Assembly (NCBI GenBank): GCA_016748015.1
Contig: JAAOMT010000057.1
Location: 80,763-144,762 of the forward strand
Source: Geosiphon pyriformis uo1
Lineage: Eukaryota > Fungi > Glomeromycota
Direction of reading: 5' to 3'
DNA: 64,000 nucleotides
Part shown: positions 41,988 to 53,847 of the stretch, one piece after another
Position numbering within the stretch: the first letter of the stretch is position 1
Layout of the letters: each line of letters begins with the position of its first letter
Notes under the pieces: generated by a model
Database searches by the model: none
What the model saw: only the letters and a program-made list of their open reading frames with translations
What the model was told of the DNA's origin: nothing
Position numbers and translations under genes: made by a program

Positions 41988-42200
41988 TTGCAATTAACTT
42001 TGGTAAATACAAACTGTGCTTTTTTTTTGGTTTGGATGGAAACATATATATTAGTATAGACATTTAGTGTTGTTTTATCTGGCCTAAGTGACTGACTACA
42101 TGTAGTAAAAGTATGAGCTATATATAGTTTAAGCCACTTAGTTTGGTTTTATGTACTAAATAGCAGTTAAACTATATTTATTAAATATTAATAAAAAAAA
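41988..42200 (+). mobile_element. Very short 5'-truncated LINE 3' end with A-tail
   Basis: Encodes relic ..NFGKYKLCFF..GLDGNIYISIDI*, matching the LINE C-terminus SFGHCRPSLFFSGLDFNLRVVINV*. 3' UTR is an inverted homolog of 42277-42395. A-run at 42193-42200. Confidence 0.75.
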
Positions 42201-42249
42201 TTGGTTTACTATTATATTTTTCATAGCTGAATATAATAATATATATATA

Positions 42250-45200
42250 TTTTTTTTTTATGTATTTAATGAGTAAAGCCCAACTGTTGTCTAGTATACA
42301 GAGCCAAACTAAGAGGCCCAAACTAAATACAGCTCATGCACTTACTATATATGGCTAGCCACTCAGGTCAGACAAGGCAACACTATACATTTATAACAAC
42401 ACGAAGATTGAAATCCAAACCAGAAAAGAAAAGACTAGGTCTACAATGGCCAAAGCTAACAGAAAATGAATCCAAAACACCAAGCATCTGAACTATGTCA
42501 TTAGACAATACAGCTGTCCTGCAATGTGACAAACCTGATATCACCTCATTGTCCCCAACTGAACCAACCTTCTTCATGCTCATCCTATAACTAGATCTTA
42601 CCAGTCAAACCCTACAATGGTACATCTCAGCAACACTTCTCACAAAATTGACAACAATGCCAACAGCCATCTTCCTGTTCTTAAGGACCTCTACAGTCTC
42701 TAAGCACCAATCACTCATGACAAATCTCTTACACATAGCTGAATACAAGCTGATATCTGAGGAACAACAACCGAAAAACCATAGAACAGCAGAAGAGGGC
42801 GAGACATAAGAACTCATTAAGGAAACCCAAAATACAGTGGTCTCAGCAAGGATCTCATTATAGACATCAGCATTTATAGCACAAGAAAACACATGATTAG
42901 GCAACTTCACCTCCCTACACAATAAGCACAATATACCAGAATAATTTTTGTCATACAATCTCTTTCGAACAACCACAGGGAGGTGATGGTGCACAGCTTT
43001 CATTAAATAAAACTGCAGCACAGAAGACTTCCAGCTAATAGACCCAGCAAGCATGTGTGAGTCAGGGTGCCACACTCTTGAGATAGCACTCCAGTTCACA
43101 TATTTAATCAAACTACTCTGAATTACATTATGGTCAGGCCCAGTCTCCCAATGTATACGGCACACAGACCTAAACATATTTCTAACAAAATGGCAGACAT
43201 TGTCAGACATGACTGAACCTTCAGCAATCAAAAGCCATTCTCGTACTTCAACAGACAAAGAAAACTGAGAACATATAACAACACCAGCAGCAGCATCAGC
43301 TTTAATGTTGCCACCAATACCAGAATAACCTTTAACTTTTATTCAACTCATGCTTAAATTTTTCTTCCTAACCAAATTAAAAATGTGACATCTTTTCACC
43401 CAGCATAGAGCTCGGAAGTCAGACACCAGAAGAAACAACTCAGATACACATGTATCAATAGCAGCTTGGCTGTCAAGGTGTACTAACACTGCACTAAAAA
43501 AAGAAACACATTCTAACACCAAAGTGACAGCCTACAACTCGGTCAAGGTGGAAGACAATAAACCACAGACCCTAACACTAATTCTACAGTCGATAGTAGG
43601 AAAGTATGCAGCAGCACCACCAGCAACACCAGAAGAGCCATAATCTTTCAACGAACCATCCGTATAAATCACAAAAAAACCAGACCATAACTTATGTAAA
43701 CTACTATGCAAATCAGAAAATTCTTTAGAAGCCAGAATGTTCAAACCAGAAAGCTGATCAGCCCTAGTCAGACCAGATGACAAAGCACCATCATCATGCA
43801 AAAACCTAGATGTAATTTCAAACCAATAAGGGACAAATTCTCTTGGGTCAAGCTTCTTTCACTAGCAAAAAGTTTTCCAATCCATCACACAACCCTTCTT
43901 ATCAAGCAACCTATTTCCAAAGACAACACCAAATTGCTTCAAAGAACAAACAAAACCAAAGTAAGAAGTGCTCTCCAGTATCAATGACATAAGAAAATTA
44001 CCAGGACTATAGAAAACACAAGACAAGTTATTTGTCAGGGATAGCTCATTACCCAAAAAAATCTTAACCACACCAGCCAAAAAATTGTTCACAGGGCTGA
44101 CTCACAACCTGACAGGAAACTGCAGGGGATTCAAAGAAGCCCAATCCAGAACCTGCAAATCCAGGAATCTATAATCAAACAAACGCCCCAAAATGCTTGA
44201 AGCATTAGAAAATACAATCACAGCAGCCAATTTGCTCTTAGTCTGTATCTGCTTGAAAGATTTCAGGCCATACAATGAGAGGTGATGCAAGGCAGCATCA
44301 AAAAAATCATGAGGAAGACTAGCTTTAAGTTTAAGGCTCTTTCTGACCAAGGCATCCCACTTGCGACATACATTTGAAGAAACAAAGCTGAATTGAGTAC
44401 AATAGTTGACAATAGACTGCAAAATGGCTGACACCAAATATGAGAATTGCTTGTCTGTGATAGTCTTCCTAAGCACTACATTGACAAAAAAACAAACATC
44501 CAAATAAGCCTTGGCCAAACTAGGCTTAGACAAACTCTTTGTCAACAAAAAAATCTCCAAATATCTGTGTGTTTCACCCTTCTTGGCAATAGAAATTGGC
44601 TGTCCATTAATATTAAGAGAAGCAATCTTAACACCTTGATTAATAGAAATGGCCACAGTTTTCTCATTATTGATGGAAATATCATTAATCATAAAGAATT
44701 CACTAGCAATGTTTAAGACATACTGCATTAATGCTTGGCAATCCTCGACCCAAATGGTATTATCAACAAATACACTAGCTGCAAAAAAAGAAGACATCTC
44801 ACTACCACTTTTGACTCTGCCTGATTTAGCCACAAACTTAGTATCAATCGAGTATCCACATAAATGCTCATGTCTTTTGATTTTACACAATAGCAGATCA
44901 TAAAAAATCCTCTATAGAAGGAGTGAAAAAACCTCACTCTGATATAAATCATCATGCACCCTATAACTATTTGAGAGGCCAAAATCAGTTATCACTCTGT
45001 TAATTCTATTCCCATAAATGCTGCCAAAAAACTTGATGTACCTGTCACACATCTTGATATGTCATAAGCTGGCCTCAAGATAGTGCCAACTAACAGAGTC
45101 ATATGCCTTATGCATATCTTGCAAAACCAACTAAAGTTCCTTATTCTTCTCAAGAGCATCTTCAACCACTGACCCAACAGCAAACACTGGAGTCTGAGTA

Positions 45201-48200
45201 GAGGTACTCTTTAACATTGAAAAATTGTTGCTGCAAAGGACAGCAAACTTGCTACAAGCAAAAGAAATTGTATCCGAGAGTATTTTGGAGAGAATTTTTC
45301 TAGCCGTCTCAATTAAAACAATAAGGCAGGTATTCATGAGAACTCCATCCCAATCATAAGATTTAGGAATCATTGAGACCCATGCTCTTCTCCACAAAAC
45401 AAGCACTGCACTAACAAAGAGACATTTATTTAATAGCACCAAAAAGCNNNNNNNNNNNNNNNNNNNNCATATGCCTTATGCATATCTTGCAAAACCAACT
45501 AAAGTTCCTTATTCTTCTCAAGAGCATCTTCAACCACTGACCCAACAGCAAACACTGGAGTCTGAGTAGAGGTACTCTTTAACATTGAAAAATTGTTGCT
45601 GCAAAGGACAGCAAACTTGCTACAAGCAAAAGAAATTGTATCCGAGAGTATTTTGGAGAGAATTTTTCTAGCCGTCTCAATTAAAACAATAAGGCAGGTA
45701 TTCATGAGAACTCCATCCCAATCATAAGATTTAGGAATCATTGAGACCCATGCTCTTCTCCACAAAACAAGCACTGCACTAACAAAGAGACATTTATTTA
45801 ATAGCACCAAAAAGCACTCTGTCACTCTCTCACCACCATGCTTCCAAAGTTCATTTGGGATGCCAGACAAGCCAGCAGCTTTGCCATCAGGCAGACCACC
45901 AACAACTAAGAGCAACTTACCCATGCTTATCACATTTATCACACCAGAAAAAGCATCATTCTGAACATAGTCCAAAGATGCATACTGGCAAGCTTAGAGA
46001 TCAGACAGTGCAGAAGGCACCACATGTTTTTTCATTCAACATTCCATGATCCTGTCAACATTCAATCTCACATTTTCTGAATCCAACACCAGCTCATCAT
46101 CAACCACCAAGTGATCCAATACTACCTTCCAAAAGGGTCTGTCTAAAACACTTCTGATTATACTGCTCTGCATTTCTCAATAGCTGCTCTGATAGAAACC
46201 TCTTGCACAAATTTCGATTTGTACATTTTAGACTTTGTGTATCCTCTCCTGAGAACCAACAAATACTTAAAAATGTCCATCAAATTTCAACCAGCATGAA
46301 TTATGTCCCTTAACATGAGAGCTTTATCAGCATCCAAAGTTGACCATTTCCTTACAAGATGATCAAACCCAAAAGCATTATCGGATTTCAACTTTTTGAC
46401 AATCTTGGCAATCAACAGCTCCAGCCCCAAAAACTTAGAAAACTGCTTATTTTTTAAACACTGAAAATCACTGAACCATTGCCTAGAAAAGACCTCCTCT
46501 TCCAGTAGTGACCACATAGCATCCAAATCATGATCTGCAGCTGTGACAAGAAACCTATTCTTTATTACCAGAATTTTTGAGGAAGAGCAATCTTTAAAGC
46601 AAAACCATCCAATACTGTCCACATCTTTAATTTTGAATTTCCATTGATTTTTGTTAGCCTGTTTGTGCAAACTATTCAATTGAACATCCAAGAGCCCACC
46701 CAGACCAACTGACATTACCACAGCATTATGATCCATATTAAGGAAATCAGAAACAGAACCAACCCATTGTTCCACAACAGCAGAAGATAAACTCCCATTA
46801 ACAAAAATGTAATCAATGGTCCTCTCAACACCTTTCGAATTGCACCACATAAGAGCCTTAACTAAATGATGGTTATTAAATGAATTAATCAAACCCAAAC
46901 TTGAACAGAACTTGAAACTCACACTTCTTCCAGAATCATACTCATTAAAATCCCCACCCAATACCACAAAAGTGCTGGTGTTAACAGTCTTAGCAATGAT
47001 AGAATTAATCTTAGATGCTTGTCCAAGACGGACACCAGCAAAAGCACCAGCATACAAACTGAGAACAGTCACCAAAAGCTTGCCCTTAAACAGAAGCCAC
47101 ACCAAAATAACCTGACCAGGAACCACCTCAACTTTAGAAACATGACAAGCCAAAGAATTGTTCATGACAATAACAACACCAGCACCAAGATATCCAACAT
47201 TCAGACCAGAAGTAAAGATCCGAACTCCATCATATTTATCCTTGATCCAAAGCCCAAAGGAAGACCTCAACTTAGTCTCAGTAATAAAAGAAACCATATT
47301 TCCAGAACTTATATGTTAGCGAACAACATCCACTTGCTTTGTAGGAACATTGATACCCTAAACATTGCATGTAGCAAATTTCCAAACCAAACCACTTATT
47401 GAGACAAAGAAAGTAATAGGAAACCAGAACCAGAACACAAATGATCCAATCTGATCAACACTGAACTAATTGAAGCTTCCAAAGATGTTAACTTCAACTC
47501 CAGTCCATCCATTTTGGTGGTTAGAATCTTGGAGCTACTCGAACTGAAACCAGAAGTACCATTGACAACAGCAGAAAGAGAGGGAGCAGAAGGCTCTAGT
47601 GCACCATCCAAAACCATATCTGAGTGAGATTCTGGAGCCAAAGATGTAGAAACTGCCAAAGAAATCCCATGAGAAACAGATGGTAAAGGCACTAAATCTA
47701 CAAAGCTCAACTTTCTCATTATATCTAAAACCTGATTGGTCAAAAGCTCCAAAAACCATTCCATAAATGCCAAGCGATCAATTAAACCAGAGACACCACA
47801 AAGATTAACACTGTTAAAAGAAGACCCAGCACCAAAAAAAGATTTAGTACCAAGAGACAAACCAACACTTAAAGGAGATGAAGACCCCAAAAGAGAAGAG
47901 AAACCACCCGCAACTTGAGCCCAAGTTTTGCCACTAAAAGAAGTTGGACGAATAATAGGCGCCTGCTTTTTCTTATAAATGTTGGCCAGGCAAACCCAAT
48001 CATGATCAGTCACCACCCACTTTCAATGAACTCCAGAATTCTCACCAACTGAACATACATCAGAAACATGACCAAATTGTTTACATTTAGCACAACAAGC
48101 CAAAGAAAGACCAGCCCATTGCAAATTCACACTCTTAAAAACTGGAACAGAACCAATAGCAGCCAATTTAGATGCCTCATTATCAAAACACACTATCACA

Positions 48201-49485
48201 CATCTATCATGTACATATGAACTAGGATTATGGCCAATAAAACAAGTTCTTCTACCATATGATTCCAACAAATCAGAAAGATTATAAGCTGTCATACCAA
48301 CAGGAAGAGTAGAAAGCAATGCCTGATGTAGAAACCCATAATTGCTTGTCATTAACGGCTTTTGTCACACAAACAGAATCTTTTCTTATGAAGATAGACC
48401 ATTTAACTGCGACCAAATCAGCTATTTTAGATGACTCAAATTCCACCAAAGCTTTTTGCCACAGACCAATCAGTTGTATTTTGATTGATACAATCTTTCC
48501 AAACTTAGAAAAAACAGATTTTACAGCCGATTTGAGAAGATCGACCAGAATTTCCTTAACAACAATTTCCTTATCTAAATGACTGCTAACCTTTTTGAGA
48601 ATATTATTTACCACAATATTCTCACAAATTGCCAATTTTTTTGCCTTATTCATGCTAAATTCAGAAGTGAATAAAGATCTGATAATCCCTGGGAATTTTG
48701 AGGAAGTAGAAACGCCCCCAAAACCATCCACATGATAGAAATTTTTTTTCACACAAATCAACTTATTACCAACTGTCTTACCAGGAACAGCTGAAAGTTT
48801 AATATCAAATACAAAAGATTTCAAAAAATTGAAGTTCCATTTCTCCGGGGCATATGATTCAAATGGCAACAGCTTATTAGATCCCAAAACCATGTGAGGA
48901 GAAAAAACCATTACATTATTATTGTCATCACTCAAACAGTTAAACAAGAGTTGCTTCAGCAGGTTTCTCAACACATATGTTTGGGTGCGAGTTTTTCTTG
49001 GTATAGTTTTGTTCATATTGTTGTCCTCACCTGACTCCACATAGCTGGTTTCTTTGGCTACCATGTTCGCCATATTTTCAACATCTGAGCTATTACCCAC
49101 ACTGCTAGTGATACTGCCAACTTCATTGCCCCAGAACACTGCAGGCTTGATGCTAGCATCACCAATATCTTCCAAGCTCAGAGGTCCTGCAGACAAGTCA
49201 ATTACATTGCCGGCCACACTCTTTTTTGGTTTTTTGTATGATGCACTATGGGAGTAGACAGTATCTAATCGATTCTTTTTAGCATTTAGGTGGGTCCCCA
49301 AACCAGCCAAAACTGAGCCAGAACCACCAGCAGATGAGCCTACTGGTTCCATCATGACGAAAGGAGTTGTGTTAGAAGAAATAACTTAAATAAACTGAGG
49401 GAAAAGGAATAAAGCAAAGCGATTTCTTCCAAAAATTTTTTTACTCTCATAGTGGCCAGGAGATCGACAAGAAAAAGAATTTTTC
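42250..49485 (-). mobile_element. Near full-length LINE (ORF1; ORF2 APE-RT-RNaseH-CCHC), pseudogenised
   Basis: ORF1 49355-47396 has an RRM-like VFSKFGKIVSI..ALVEFES and knuckle CAKCKQFGHVSDVC. ORF2 has APE (ETKL, LGGDFN, IDYIF, DH), RT (PDGKAAG, FVDN), RNase H (IYTDGS, DSQAA) and CLLCREV..HVFSC. Poly(A) appears as T10 at 42250-42259. Confidence 0.92.
45448..45467. other. Assembly gap (20 N) with exact 348-bp flank duplication
   Basis: 45100-45447 is repeated at 45468-45815 on the other side of the Ns. Confidence 0.95.
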
Positions 49486-52003
49486 AACTTAATTCTAAAT
49501 TTCATAATATTTTTTTGTATTTTTAAAAAATTATATATAGTCAGTAAATTCTTTTTATGTAAGTTATTAAATTGTTTTTTTTAATAAAATGTTCTATTTA
49601 TTGTATTATTTGTTTGTTAAACATATATTTAAGGCTATTAGTATATAATGTCTAAATATTTAATTGTTGTTTTAAGTAATAATAGCAATATATTATTAAA
49701 ACCTGTTTTTTTAAGTTTTCAAGTCTTTTTTTATTAGCATTCCTGATTGAATAATTGTTATTGAATTTTTGAAAGTTTTTTTTACTTTTTTAACAAGTTT
49801 TTTTATGTAATTATTTTTTTGTTTTTGTATTTAGCTATATAGAGTTTTTTATTTGTTCTGTTTTTTAAGTGTTTTTATAACAAATTTTTTGTTTGTTAAC
49901 TGTTATTTTTATGTCTAAGTTTTTTGTTTTTAATATTTAAAACAACTATTATACTGTTGTATGTATTTTATTTGTTATTTCTATTTTCTGCTTTTTTTTT
50001 ACATATTTTAGTTATATTTATAACAAATTTTAGTTTTATAATGTGTTGGTTTTAATGATAATAATTGATTCAAAAATTTAATTTAAATATAAACAATAAT
50101 ATATCTTTGATTTTAAATAATAACATTAATAATATAATTTTCAATATAAACATAAATTAACTAATAGTAAAAAACCAAATAATTATTTTAATAAATTTTT
50201 ATTAACAAAAAAATAAATTAATCTAAATTTTAATTTGTAAATTTATTTAATAATTTTATAATATTATTAAAATTAAAAAATTAAGCCAATAAAACTAAAG
50301 CAAAGTTTCTTGTTTTTACTAATTAAAAAAAACAAATTTAAATTTAATTATATATATAATTTTTTTAGTATATTACAATAAAAAAATAATATGTGCAAAA
50401 TAAAATAAAGTGATAAAAAAAACATAAAGTTTATAATTAACTTATTTAAAAAATTTTTAAAAAAATATAATTTTACATAAAAGGTTTTATATTGTTTTTA
50501 AACTTAATTTAAAACTATTAAAATAATAACAATTAAAATACAGTTTTTATATAATTTAAGTTAATTTAAAAAAACATGAAATATTAAAAAAAAATTACTT
50601 AATTAAAAATTTTTTAAAAACAATAAAAATTTTACAGTTATAAATTATAAAAAATATAACAATATTAAAAATAAAAAGTTGTTGTTTTAGTGTTTATAAT
50701 ATTTAATTTAGCTTTTAAAGATTATATTTATTAAAAATATGTGTATTAAAACACAATTTATTTGCTTTTATACTAAAAATTAATTATGTTAAACAATATA
50801 ATTAAATAAAAATAAATAAATATTTAATAAGTAAATTATTATGTTTAATTAAATTAAAAAAATATTAATTGTTATTGTTAAAATTAATAAAACAAAAACT
50901 TAAAAACTAATAAAAAATTAATTAATAACAAAAATAATAGGCTTAAAGTTTTAAAAAAACACAAAACTGTTGTTTAAAAAATAACAAAATTACAGCTATT
51001 ATAATTGCTAATAATAATAAAATTTACTATTTTTTTTGGTTATTTAAAAAATAATAATAGTAATTATTACAAAAAAAAGATTTTTAATAATTTATTTATT
51101 TTTTATTGGTTTTATAATTTATAATTTTTTGGTTTATATTATTATAAATTTGGGTTTTTTATTAGAAATTTATTAATACATTGTTTTTTTATAATTTAAT
51201 TTTATGATTATTATTTGTTATATATTTAATTTTATTAAATAACAATAAAATTAAATAATTGGTTTAAGCAAATTTACAAAAAAACAGTTTATTTATTCCT
51301 TGGTTGTAATTTTATTATTTAATTTAAAATATTTTAATGAAAATTGATTTTCATTTATATAATCTAGATATAAATTAAAACTCTCAATTTGTGTAATTCT
51401 GGTATAATTTTTTGTGCAGCAATAATTAAATTATAGTGTTTATGTTAAGTTTATTAAAATTTTTATACCTTTTTAATTATTTTTTTTATTATTTGAAAAG
51501 TTTGGTTCATCTTAACAAGTTGATTGAATTACCATTAATTCTATTTTATTAATCAGTTGTCTTATTTGCATTTGAATATATTTTGACGTTAAGTAAAGCA
51601 TTCTACATGGGTGGAGCTTTGAAAAAAACTCAAACTATAATAATAAATATTTCTCGGCCTTTTGAATCATGTGTCTTGGTCAATAGCTTGAAAAAAAATA
51701 AGCCTAGTACCACAATTCTTAGCACAATGGCGGTAACAATTTATCCTTTGAATCATTTCATTATGATTCTTCTTTTGTAGATTTGATTTATTTTAACACC
51801 CAAGCATTCACGTTATACGGAACCAAGAAAGTTTTCTCAATGGTGTTTTTATTTTGTTCTCATTAATGAAAGACAAAAGCCACAAAATGATAAAGACTCG
51901 AATTAACTAATACTTTTTTGTTTTTGTAATCTAAGGCGCACGAAGATAAATTGAAAAATATTAAAGTGTCCAAGATTTGTGAAAGATACTTGTATTAAAG
52001 TTA

Positions 52004-52709
52004 CTAGCAGTAAGGATGGTATGTGTTTTGTGAGAAATCTTGTTCGCGTTCTGCCACTTTCTTGGCACGTGCTTTTTGAGCCCATCTAAAGAATAAATAT
52101 CAAATATTGGTTCATTAAAGTCGAAAAATATGAAAAAAGTGACGCTTCTATATCCAAAGCTTTAAATACTTGCCTTTTTTTAGAGTCCAACATCCTCTGA
52201 CGACGCTCTTCGTCATTTTTTGGGCGGTTAGGGTCGTTATCCCATCGTGTACCGCGTGGTAATTCGATAGCGTGCTTCTCCTTGACATGTCGTCGGAGTA
52301 TTGAACGAGAATTTTTGCCTTGATAGGTCTTATCACAATAATTACACAGAAAGAGTTTTGAATTAGATTCGCTATTTTCATCATTTGTCATTTCTAGTGC
52401 TCTCGGAACATTCTCAAGTGTAGAAAGAGGACGACGATTTGATGTGATGGAAGTTCTAAGTGGCGGTAATTGTGGTCGTTCCTCATTTTCGTTATTATAT
52501 TCATATAGTTGTAGTTTAGCGGGAGGAGACATAGTCTGACTTTCTGGTGGTGTGAGTATGTAAACTCCAGGCTGGTATGCCAGCCTTTCTTGGTGTAGAG
52601 CGTATTGGTTAACCGCGGCTCTTTGTGACTCAATAACGTCAAGACCAGGCGGTAGAAAGTAGTTGAAGTGGTTAACGTGTTGGAATCGGTGAGCACTCTG
52701 TTGACCCAT
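52004..52709 (-). CDS. C2H2 zinc-finger protein, ~205 aa, 2 exons (52709-52174, 52085-52004)
   Basis: LCNYCDKTYQGKNSRSILRRHVKEKH followed by basic TRWDNDPNRPKNDEERRQRMLDSKK. The GC-AG intron 52086-52173 continues the frame as RWAQKARAKK to TAG. Confidence 0.8.
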
Positions 52710-53027
52710 TATTATTACGAAGGTAATGATAGATGAAAGGACAACTTTGTATGGAATTTTGAAAATTATTTGCAACAGAAGTTGGGTAAGTTTTTTTGAA
52801 GATGCGAAAGGTTGATTGTCTTTGCCGGGCAAAAAGTACTATTTCCTAGCGTAGTTGTGTTAATGGTTTAAGATGTTAGAACAAGATAAAGACGAGAATT
52901 GTGTATTAGTACTGGTGGTTTAGAAAAGCAAAAGTGAAATCACTTTGGGAAATCAATTCAACGTCAAGGCAGTCTTCTTTTATATTGATGAGAAGCCGAA
53001 TGGGGACATACCCCAATAATTAATTTG

Positions 53028-53196
53028 ACGCGTTCTTGGAAAATTTCTCGTTGAATTCTACGCGTTAATATCATCATCTGCGGTTAGTTTGCAGATCCTT
53101 TCTAAAAACGCGTTAAAAAAATAATAATCGTTCATTACAATTTCTACGCGTCTTTATATCTACGATGCGTAGAAAAACACATTGTTTCAGACGCGT
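53028..53196. promoter_or_regulatory. Cluster of five ACGCGT (MluI/MCB) boxes
   Basis: ACGCGT at 53028, 53060, 53108, 53146 and 53191, plus ATGCGT at 53165; ~320-490 bp upstream of the C2H2 gene ATG. Confidence 0.7.
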
Positions 53197-53847
53197 AAAA
53201 TAAAATTGATGATGATAATGGCCTGTGCACTTTTTTGTTTATTCTAGGGTTTTCAAGCTGCAGGAATGTTACCATATTACGATTGAAAATAAGCCACAAG
53301 AGTCAAGGTCAACTTGAATGCAAACAAAGGGACAAAATTGAAATTTCCTACAATCTACTTCAAAAATAGCTATATTTCAAAATTTTCTAACGCTCTTTCA
53401 CCATCGATAACCATGCAACGCCTAATCAAGAGAGTGTTGAAGCCAACAATTAACAGTATTTTATTTTCTTTTAAGAACATAAAATAACATTAGGTCTAAG
53501 GTTCAAAGACTTTCAAAACACATCTGCATTAAAAGAAATTGAAAATTTCTTATTCAACTTAAATAAAATTACGAGAATATTAAAAATTTAAAAATTTTGT
53601 GACTGATTCTGGATCAGTTCAAATACAAATCTTTCCAAAGTAAAGAAATTTCCTTTAACTAGCAGATTTTTCAACGCTAAGCTTCCGTCATGTTATGATA
53701 AGGAATTTAAGAGATAATGATTTGCAAATTTGGTATCTTGTTAAAGATATTTGTCAAATCAAGGAACTTTAATTGCCTCATAAGATTTTGAGCAATTAAA
53801 GTTTACCACAACAAAAATTAGACATTAAAGTTTAGTAACCAAAAAAT

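Larger units (their letters stand above)
25329..41988 (+). mobile_element. Family A copy A2 (5' LTR 25329-26289 plus gag) split by two nested elements, then truncated
   Basis: LTR TGTTACTAG...TAATAATA followed by PBS TTTGGTGCT. Gag pieces 26290-27144, 32540-32646 and 41695-41988 rejoin into one capsid frame. Confidence 0.85.

Noticed and set aside
8670-41990. Mitochondrial or endobacterial insert, or alternative genetic code, explaining AT richness and stops
   Set aside because: The sequence is collinear with neighbouring TEs. Stops of all three types arise by C>T/G>A, and host genes use the standard code.
45100-45815. Tandem 348-bp duplication within LINE RT
   Set aside because: Copies appear identical and flank a 20-N gap in an otherwise mutated element, which is typical of an unmerged contig overlap.
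1-51500. Centromere call for the TE block
   Set aside because: Nested AT-rich TE clusters are compatible with this but nothing in the sequence is diagnostic; needs CENP-A or Hi-C data.
51903-52085. Separate 60-aa gene
   Set aside because: Its ATG is immediately after a splice acceptor; the region is better explained as exon 2 of the C2H2 gene in another frame.
52710-52832. N-terminal extension from the TTG at 52832
   Set aside because: Non-ATG start; the first in-frame ATG is at 52709.
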